From positions 15,949,881 to 15,969,880 of the forward strand of contig NC_057720.1 of NCBI RefSeq assembly GCF_004010195.1: 20,000 bases of DNA, in the 5' to 3' direction. The position numbers were made by a program, and so were the translations under genes. Origin of the DNA: Chiloscyllium plagiosum. Taxonomy: Eukaryota. Below the pieces are notes generated by a model. It saw only the letters and a program-made list of their open reading frames with translations, was not told the DNA's origin and did no database searches. Shown one piece after another: positions 12,734-20,000 of this stretch; the stretch's first letter is position 1; every line of letters begins with the position of its first letter.

Positions 12734-13459
12734 CTCTCAATCCATGACTTTCATCCTCTCAGCTCAACTCTTGCTCAAAATAGTATATTTTAATTCTTTG
12801 GAAATGCATAGAACTTAATTACTTACCAAAGACTCACCAATTAACCAGCTTATACACCTGTAGCAAAGCTGTAAAACTTGAGGCAAAAGCATCCCAGCCT
12901 TTCTTCCCATGCACTTCCTGAAGCAGTCAACTCTGGCATGCTATTCTAAGTCACACTCAAGTGCTAAATCACCAATACATTGCCCTCATATATATGCTCC
13001 TAACAAAACAGCTCTGTCTTCATCACAAAATGATTATCCAATTTCAGCACTCATTCTTAATTAAGCTACCCTTTTCTTGGAGGTCTTGAGAAAACCTTGC
13101 TTGAGGCTGGCAAATATAGTATTTAAACTGTTGCTCTCAGCTACAAATTACAAATTAAATTAGGTTTGTACAAGATGAAAATTTTCATTTTCTGAACCAA
13201 TAATGCATATACTCAATCCTAAGAAGTCTGCATGTCTGAACTAATTTGCAAGTTAGACCAGCTAAGGATTTCAGCTTTTCTCCTATAATGACATGGGTAA
13301 ACCATACTGATTTTAACAAAAATTGGCCAGTTTGCAAAAGGCAGCTTTTAACTGCAGGTTTATTTAATTAACAGAGCTTAAATTCCCCAGCTACTGTGGA
13401 AGCTCTGGTATGCATCGAGATCAATAGCCCAGACATCCAGTCTACTTGTTTTTAGTCTA

Positions 13460-14045
13460 TCCACTTGTGGGCCATGGGCATTGCTGGCTGGCCAGCATTT
13501 ATTGCCAGTCCCTACTTGTCCTTGAGCAGGAGGTGGGGAGCTGCCTTTTTGAACCGCTGCAGTCCACCTGCTATAGGTTGGCCCACCATGCTCTTAAGGA
13601 GGGAATTCCAAGATTTTGACCCAGCGACAATGATGGAATAGTTATATATCTCCAAATTGGCATGGTGGGTGGTTTGGAGGGGAAATTGCAGATGGTGGTG
13701 TTTTCACATATCTATTACCCTGGTCCTTTGAGATGATAGCGATCATGGGTTTGGAAGATGCTGTTGAAGAGACTTTGATGAATTTCTTCAGTGTATCATG
13801 TAGCTACTATACACAATTGCTACTGAGCATCAGTGCTGGAAAGAGTGAACACAATGGGCGTGATGCCAATAAGCCCTGCATGGAGTCAAGCTTCTAGTGT
13901 GTTGTTGGAGCTGCACCCATCCAGGCAAATGGAGAGTATTCCATCACTCCTGACTTGTGCCTAGGAGATGGTGGATAAGCTTTGGGGAGTCAGGGGGTGA
14001 ATTACTCACTGAAATATTCCTGGTCTCAGTCTTGCTCTTGTAACT
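13460..14045 (-). mobile_element. Degraded L2/CR1-clade LINE 3' region (different family)
   Basis: Recognisable shark repeat motifs ggctggccagcatttattgcc...ttgaaccgctgcagtcc...gttggagctgcacccatccaggcaa. Partial copies occur at ~8765-8860 and ~14420-14480. Strand is inferred. Confidence 0.6.
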
Positions 14046-14842
14046 ACTTCCTTCAGGCTCTATGTAAATCATGACCACAAAGTAGATTTAAACACTAAAG
14101 CAATGGAACAGGAATAATTTCAAACAGTTATTTAGACGTACAAATCTTGAGAATTGCTGAAAAAGGCACAGATTGGTAAAGTGTTTCATCTTGCACTCAT
14201 CAGGACAATTCACAAGAATATCAATAAAGAGAAATAAATAAATCCTTACTCTGTATAAGAGGAGAGTTCTAATTGGTTGACAATCTATTACAGTTTTTCC
14301 TGCCAATTGTTGATTTCAATTTTTCTGGGCCACATCCTGATCACATCCCATCCCTTTCAAATTGTTGTTCCCCTAGGTAATTATTTTTACATTAGGTAGT
14401 TTGTTAATTCCCCTGAGAGACACAGGCATCACTGGCTGGCCAGCACTTATTGCCTATCTTTACTTATTGCTCCTTGTCCTGCTCCAGTGTTACCTTAATC
14501 TTTGTGATAGAATGATCAAAAAAATGGCCCTAAATATTCGCCAAATAATACTAGATCCAATTAAGTTACTTCATCTGGATGAAAGGGATGAAACAGAAAA
14601 AGATGTACACAATAGATGTCAGGTCAACAATATAAGGGAGAGTTTGGCTGAGTTTAGAATGTTCAAAGGGGAAGTAAGAAAAAAAATGAGAAGCAAATAT
14701 GAGCAAACTAGCAGCTTTTATAAAATAGAAATCACAGGGCTATTTATGTAGTAAAAGTGTAGAAGCAGCATAGGGCTGTTTAGGGATAGGACAACGAATG
14801 GAATTTACACACACAGGCAAGAATTATTGAAATACTAAATGT

Positions 14843-14898
14843 AGACAATAGACAATAGGTGCAAGAGTAGGCCATTCTGCCCTTCGAGCCTGCACCAC
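14843..14898 (-). mobile_element. LINE 3' tail fragment, cut off at the start of the GC-rich island
   Basis: agacaatagacaataggtgcaagagtaggccattctgcccttcgagcctgcaccac: short tandem tail plus the ggccattc motif shared with other LINE ends in this window. Confidence 0.7.
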
Positions 14899-15037
14899 GG
14901 GTTGGGAGGGAGGGAGTGTCGGAGCTCAGCCGGACATTCCTGACGATCCCAGCTGCCGTGAGGGCGTGTCAGACGCAGGATGTCAGTGCCTCAATAATGT
15001 GCGACGGGTGGGTGTTTTGCTGCTTTGTCCTCCCCAG

Positions 15038-15212
15038 ATGAAGAGCATGGGGCTGGGGAACCCACGCAGCTTCCCCTTCATCGAGCCCCCACCCCTGGCC
15101 AGCGTGGAGACAGCCGTCCAGTACCTGCAGGAACAGGGCGCCCTAGACACGGAGGAAGAGCTGACAGCCGTTGGGAGACTCCTTGCCCAGCTCCCTGTCG
15201 ACGTGGTCATTG
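15038..15212 (+). CDS. DHX34: Internal coding exon of DEAH-box helicase DHX34 (end of helicase core / HA2 winged-helix region)
   Basis: Acceptor ...tgctttgtcctccccag| (AG 15036-37) and donor ATTG|gtaagg (GT 15213-14). Translates [58 protein letters not shown](G), close to my recollection of human DHX34 ([37 protein letters not shown]...[12 protein letters not shown]). 175 nt, phase 0 to phase 1. Confidence 0.92.
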
Positions 15213-15341
15213 GTAAGGTCGCTGTCCCTCTCTCCACCTCCGTTCCTGCCCCCCCCCCCATCGCTCTCAGTCTGATTCCCCCTTGTTACCCCCTTCCTGA
15301 CCCTGTGCGTCACCCTCTACATCGCTCATTCTCTCCCCCCA

Positions 15342-15426
15342 CCCCGTGTCTGCGTGGGTTTCCTCTGGGTGCTCTGGTTTCAAATCCAGGTTAGGGTGGA
15401 TTGGCCGTGCTAAATTATCCTCGTAG
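15342..15426 (+). mobile_element. V-SINE core fragment
   Basis: ccccgtgtctgcgtgggtttcctctgggtgctctggtttc...ggattggccgtgctaaatt. Confidence 0.7.
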
Positions 15427-15427
15427 C

Positions 15428-15885
15428 GCCCACCCCAGGGGGAAAAGACCTTGTCTATTTACCCTATCCATGTCCCTCTCGTGATTTTATAAACCTCTAG
15501 TTCTGGGCTCCCCCACTTACCCTATCCATGCCCCCCCCTCATGATTTTATAAACCTCTATAAGGTCACCCCTCAGCCTCCGACGCTCCGGGGAAAACAGC
15601 CCCCAGCCTATCCAGCCTCTCCCTGTAGCTCTAACCCTGGCAAACATCCTTGTTTCTCTTTCCTGAACCCTTTCCCAACATCCTTCCTTGTAGCGGAGAG
15701 ACCAGAATCGAACGCAGTATTCCCAAAGTGGCCTCACGGATACGGCCGCAACATGACCTCCCAACTCCTGGACTCCTGACCACTAAAGGAAAGCATATCA
15801 AACGCCTCCTTCACTATCCGATCTACCTGAGACTCCACTTTCAAGGAGCTATGAACCTGCACTCCAAGGTCTCTTTGTCCAGTAG
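15428..15885 (-). mobile_element. Degraded CR1 fragment within the DHX34 intron
   Basis: ORF 15522-15764 reads VRPLWEYCVRFWS...RRLRGDLIEVYKIMRG and aligns with 5750-6165. Confidence 0.88.
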
Positions 15886-15904
15886 GGAAGGGCACATTGG
15901 TCTT

Positions 15905-16210
15905 TAATTCAAAGGGAATAAAGTATAAACATTGGGAGGATTTTGCTACAACTACACAAGACCTGTGTCAGAGCACACCTGGAACACTGAAGTTTCGGGG
16001 CCCCGTATCCAAGCAGAGATAGATCGGGTTTTGGAGACAGTGCAGAGAAGGTTCCCTCGGCCGATCCCAGGGATGGAGGGACCCTCTCACGAGGAGAGGG
16101 TGAGTAAGTTGGAGCACATACCCCCTTGGAGTTTAGAGGGATGAGAGGCCACCTTATTGAAACAGACGAGGCGGACACGACGGGGGGAGAGGTTGTTCCC
16201 CCACCTTTGT
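15905..16210 (+). mobile_element. Degraded CR1/L2-clade LINE fragment (second family), running into the minisatellite
   Basis: LETVQRRFPRPIPGMEGPSHEERVSKL...SLEFRGMRGHLIET-like remnants of the LINE ORF2 C-terminus. Confidence 0.75.
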
Positions 16211-16214
16211 GTGG

Positions 16215-16450
16215 GAGGGGTTTAATCAGGAAGGGGGAATCGAGGGGTTATATTCCAGGCCGAGGGGTTTAATCAGGAAGGGGGAATCGAGGGGTTATAT
16301 TCCAGGCCGAGGGGTTTAATCAGGAAGGGGGAATCGAGGGGTTATATTCTAGCTCTGTCCCTCAGGGAAGAAAGGGGGAGTGAGGGGTTATATTCCAGGC
16401 CGAGGGGTTTAATCAGGAAGGGGGAATCGAGGGGTTATACCCCAGGTCGG
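16215..16450 (+). repeat. 46-47-bp minisatellite, left array (~5 units, one interrupted)
   Basis: Unit gaggggtttaatcaggaagggggaatcgaggggttatattccaggcc, repeated head-to-tail. Confidence 0.95.
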
Positions 16451-16452
16451 CG

Positions 16453-16454
<2 letters not shown>

Positions 16455-16493
<39 letters not shown>
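16455..16493 (+). repeat. Poly-G run (39 nt) followed by GA/GT-rich low complexity to ~16570
   Basis: Directly visible. Confidence 0.97.
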
Positions 16494-16494
<1 letters not shown>

Positions 16495-16608
16495 GGAATG
16501 AGGGAGGGAGAGGGAGTGAGAGAGCGAGAGAGTGAGTGTGTGTGAGAGAGTGAGTGAGGGGGAGGGAGGGCTTCATCTGGAACAATGTGGTTTATCCAGG
16601 GACTCTGA

Positions 16609-16740
<132 letters not shown>

Positions 16741-16768
16741 TGATTCTATTCCAGAGTGAGATAAAGCG

Positions 16769-16978
16769 ATTTAATCAGGAGGGGGAATCGAGGGGTTATA
16801 TTCCGGGACGACGGGTTTAATCAGGAAGGGGAATCGAGGGGTTATATTCCAGGCCGAGGGGTTTAATCAGGAAGGGGAATCGAGGGGTTATATTCCAGGC
16901 CGAGGGGTTTAATCAGGAAGGGGGAATCGAGGGGTTATATTCCAGGCCGAGGGGTTTAATCAGGAAGGGGGAATCGAG
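16769..16978 (+). repeat. 46-47-bp minisatellite, right array (~4.5 units)
   Basis: Same unit as 16215-16450; ends ~27 nt before the DHX34 exon at 17006. Confidence 0.95.
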
Positions 16979-17005
16979 CGATAACACTGTCTCTCTGTCC
17001 CTCAG

Positions 17006-17199
17006 GGAAGATGCTGATCCTGGCCTGTCCCTTCTTGCTGGTGGAGCCAGTGCTGAGCTTGGCTGCAGCTCTCAGCCTGCAGTCCCCCTTCGTCCGCCTC
17101 AGGCAGGGGGAGCCTGACCGCTCAGCAGCCCGGGCCACCCTGGAGAGCGAGGAGGGAGACCCCTTTACCCTGCTCAATGCCTTTGAGGGCTGGCTACAG
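17006..17199 (+). CDS. DHX34: Next coding exon of DHX34 (HA2/ratchet region)
   Basis: Acceptor ctgtctctctgtccctcag| (AG 17004-05) and donor CAG|gtgagc (GT 17200-01). G|GG AAG ATG joins in frame with the previous exon to give (G)[64 protein letters not shown], resembling DHX34 GKMLILG...EPVLTIAAALSVQSPF...GDPFTL. 194 nt, phase 1 to phase 0. Confidence 0.92.
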
Positions 17200-17323
17200 G
17201 TGAGCAGGCCGTGTTTGTGTGTGTCTGTGCACATGTGTTTGAGCACATCTCCCGTGTGTGTCAGTGCTCAAGTGTCATGTGTCTGTGAGGGAGTGTGAGT
17301 GTATGTGTGTGTGTGAGAGTGTG

Positions 17324-17551
17324 CCTCCCCCTGCACTGTGCAGCCTGTGTTGTTCCGATGTGTGTGTGTGTGTGTGTCCCTCCCCCTGCACTGTGCAGCC
17401 TGTGTTGTTCCGATGTGTGTGTGTGAGGGTGTGTGTGTGTGTGTGTCCCTCCCCCTGCACTGTGCAGCCTGTGTTGTTCCGATGTGTGTGTGTGTGTGTG
17501 TGTCCCTCCCCCTGCATTGTGCAGCCTGTGTTGTTCCGATGTGTGTGTGTG
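17324..17551 (+). repeat. Compound minisatellite: four units of cctccccctgcactgtgcagcctgtgttgttccga plus variable (TG)n
   Basis: Directly visible; runs into the assembly gap. Confidence 0.95.
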
Positions 17552-17798
17552 NNNNNNNNNNNNNNNNNNNNNNNNNNNNNNNNNNNNNNNNNNNNNNNNN
17601 NNNNNNNNNNNNNNNNNNNNNNNNNNNNNNNNNNNNNNNNNNNNNNNNNNNNNNNNNNNNNNNNNNNNNNNNNNNNNNNNNNNNNNNNNNNNNNNNNNNN
17701 NNNNNNNNNNNNNNNNNNNNNNNNNNNNNNNNNNNNNNNNNNNNNNNNNNNNNNNNNNNNNNNNNNNNNNNNNNNNNNNNNNNNNNNNNNNNNNNNNN
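17552..17798. other. Assembly gap (247 N)
   Basis: Run of N. Confidence 1.
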
Positions 17799-17895
17799 TT
17801 CTCCTGTTCCCTGGATGCTGCCTGACCTGCTGCGCTTTTCCAGCAACACATTTTCAGCTCTGATCTCCAGCATCTGCAGACCGCACTTTCTCCCC

Positions 17896-18122
17896 ACTGG
17901 TCACTGCCTGCCATTCCGAAATGGAGCCGTTTATCGCTACTTGTTGTTTCCTATCAGCCAACCAACTTTCAATCCAAGTTAGTAATTTGCCCCCAATACC
18001 ATGCACCCTAATTTTGCTCAGTAACCTCCTATGTGGGATTTTATCAAAAGCTTTCTGAAAATCCAGGTACACTACATCTACTGGATCTCCCTCATCTATC
18101 TTCAGAGTTACATCCTCAAAAT
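17896..18122 (-). mobile_element. LINE reverse-transcriptase fragment
   Basis: ORF 17854-18072 reads YLDFQKAFDKIPHRRLLSKIRVHGIGGKLLTWIESWLADRKQQVAINGSISEWQAVTSG. Confidence 0.9.
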
Positions 18123-19147
18123 GTATACTTTGTCAAGGATGAAGATGCTTCCAAAACTGTTGTAAAAGTGCAAGTAATTAAGAACCCAGAAACCCAAAAT
18201 AGGCTAAATATTGACCCAAGAGAGGCACGAGAAAGGCTGACCATAATTAGAGTTAGCAAGTGACCAGAACCAGACCAGAAACATCTGAGGATACTGAGAG
18301 AAATAAGGGTGGAAATTGCAGAGTCACAGCCATGAATTTCCAATCCTCTTTAGGTATGTAGGTAGGGCCAGAGAATTGCAGACATTACACCCTTGTGCTC
18401 TGATCCAAGCTGGCAGTAACATGGGACATGTCAGATCCCAGGAAGAAATCTGGCTCACAGACTATAAGTTTCATTAAAGTTGTAGATTCATTCGCCACGC
18501 TACGAATCTACAAACTCATCCACAACCCGGGCTACAAATCTTTGCAAACACTCTAAGTTTTAGTTTGGTCATCTTGGTCATGTGACAATACTATGGTTTT
18601 GAGATGTGTATTTTTGTCCTTTGTTTTGAACAAAGATTTTGAGCCAAAGTGGAAGAATTGTCTCTTCCAAGCCAATAAAGTAAACAGCTTGGGAAACCCT
18701 GGGTATTTTTTAAAAGTTGGTACAATAGAAGCAGCATGAATGGGTTGGGTCAGGCTCCCACAGAACCAGGGTCTTAGTTTAGCTTTCAGAAGTTGGGGTT
18801 TGAAGTTGTCTATGGAGGCGGTTTCATCTCTCTCATCCATGGCAAAAAGTTAGAGTTCTCTCTCCGCCAGAATTTTTCTGTTGGTGTTCTTTCTTCCGAG
18901 ACTGGAGAAACATTGCATGTGAGAGAATCTATTTTACTGATTTTTCCTTTGCCAGGGGTGTGTTTATGGGATGTTACTATATTGGAACAGTTGTTGTTTA
19001 GTAGCTAGATTATCTATTATTCTGATAAGTTTTCAGATAGAGTTAAAGTTATACAAATTCTTCTTTATTTTGTTTGTATTTTAACTGTAGGGTAAGAATA
19101 GAGTGTACTTTGATTAAAGTCAAGTAGCATGACCAATTGAATCACAT

Positions 19148-19516
19148 AGAGTCAAAGAGTCATAGAGATGTACCGCACGGAAACAAACATTTCGGTCCAA
19201 CTCGTCCATGCTGACCAGATATCCTAACCCAATCGAGTCCCATTTGCCATATCCCTCTAAACCCTTCCTATTACTTTATCCATCCAGATACCTTTTAAAT
19301 GTTGCAGTTGTACCAGATTCCACCACTTCCTCTGGCAGCTCATTCCATACACGCACCACCCTCTGCAGCAAAAAGTTTCCCCTTCAGTCCCTTTTAAATT
19401 TTTCTCTGTTCTTCCTAAACCTATGCACTCTAGTTCTGGACTCCCCCACCCCAGGGGAAAGACCTTGTCGATCCTATCCATGCCCCTCATGATTTTATAA
19501 AACTCTATAAGGTCAC
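19148..19516 (-). mobile_element. 5'-truncated CR1 LINE with a probable TCACAT target-site duplication
   Basis: Same 3' tail and body as 5444-5830. Flanked by tcacat at 19142-19147 and 19513-19518. Confidence 0.88.
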
Positions 19517-19570
19517 ATCTGGAACACAACACCTTACACTTGCCTTTAACTAGACAAAAGTTAGGGTCTA

Positions 19571-19649
19571 TAGCTGAAAATGTGCTGCTGGAAAAGCGCA
19601 GCTAGTCAGGCAGCATCCAAGGAGCAGGAGAATCGACGTTTCGGGCCAT
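19571..19649 (-). mobile_element. Short Penelope-like insertion with a ~15-bp target-site duplication
   Basis: Flanked by aaaagttagggtcta (19556-19570) and aaaagatagggtctc (19650-19664). The uninterrupted target sequence is visible at ~12459-12480. Confidence 0.7.
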
Positions 19650-19816
19650 AAAAGATAGGGTCTCGGTTATCTCCTTGATATGTTTGAAAATGGTTTGGAT
19701 CATATCATGGAAGCTCTTGTCTGGATGCAAATATTTAATTAGAGGTTGAATTTAGGATTATTGGACTCAAAGACAGTGAGTGGTGAATGTTGGTGTTTAT
19801 CTTCGGGGTCATTCTG

Positions 19817-20000
19817 GATCAGTGGTGCTGGAAGAGCACAGCAGTTCAGGCAGCATCCGAGGACAGGCAAAATCGACGTTTCGGGCAAAAGCCCTTCATC
19901 AGGAATAAAGGCAGTGAGCCTGGAGTGAGGAAAGATAAGCTAGAGGAGGGTGGGGGTGGGGAGAGAGTAGCATAGAGTACAATAGGTCAGGGGGAAGGAG
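19817..20000 (-). mobile_element. Penelope-like terminal fragment with hammerhead-type core at 19875-19902
   Basis: The minus strand reads attcCTGATGAagggcttttgcccGAAACGTCgatt. Confidence 0.65.

Larger units (their letters stand above)
18581..19707. mobile_element. Possible LTR-like or other interspersed repeat hosting the 19148 CR1 and the 19571 insert
   Basis: Starts TG (tgtgac) and ends CA (catatca), and resembles a shark interspersed repeat from memory. No clear TSD seen. Confidence 0.3.

Noticed and set aside
12820..13170. Possible minus-strand exons (donor-like gtaagt/gtgagt and an acceptor near 13143)
   Set aside because: Frames are short and end in stops, with no recognisable homology.
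14966..15394. 142-aa ORF as a standalone gene
   Set aside because: Only 15038-15212 is DHX34-like and bounded by splice sites; the rest is intronic read-through.
17258..17982. Long ORFs of 130-217 aa
   Set aside because: Artefacts of (TG)n minisatellite translation and read-through of the N gap.

Overview
Eukaryotic genomic DNA from a cartilaginous fish. The CR1/L2 LINE, V-SINE/HE1-type SINE and Penelope-type repeats resemble those of bamboo sharks (inference from recognition, no search run). Most of 1-14.9 kb and 17.8-20 kb is AT-rich sequence packed with decayed, nested retroelements. A sharply bounded GC-rich island (~14899-17551, ending at a 247-N gap) carries two consecutive, phase-compatible coding exons of the NMD helicase DHX34 (15038-15212 and 17006-17199). 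The intron between them contains an intact exon of an unrelated gene, an SRPK-family kinase (16631-16731, ...[11 protein letters not shown]). That exon lies inside a LINE-derived 47-bp minisatellite next to a 39-nt poly-G run, so it is either a captured 'poison' exon or a chimeric assembly. Two CR1 copies also contain short insertions copied from local CR1/flank junctions, and several Penelope fragments carry minimal hammerhead ribozyme cores. No prokaryotic systems or CRISPR arrays are present.
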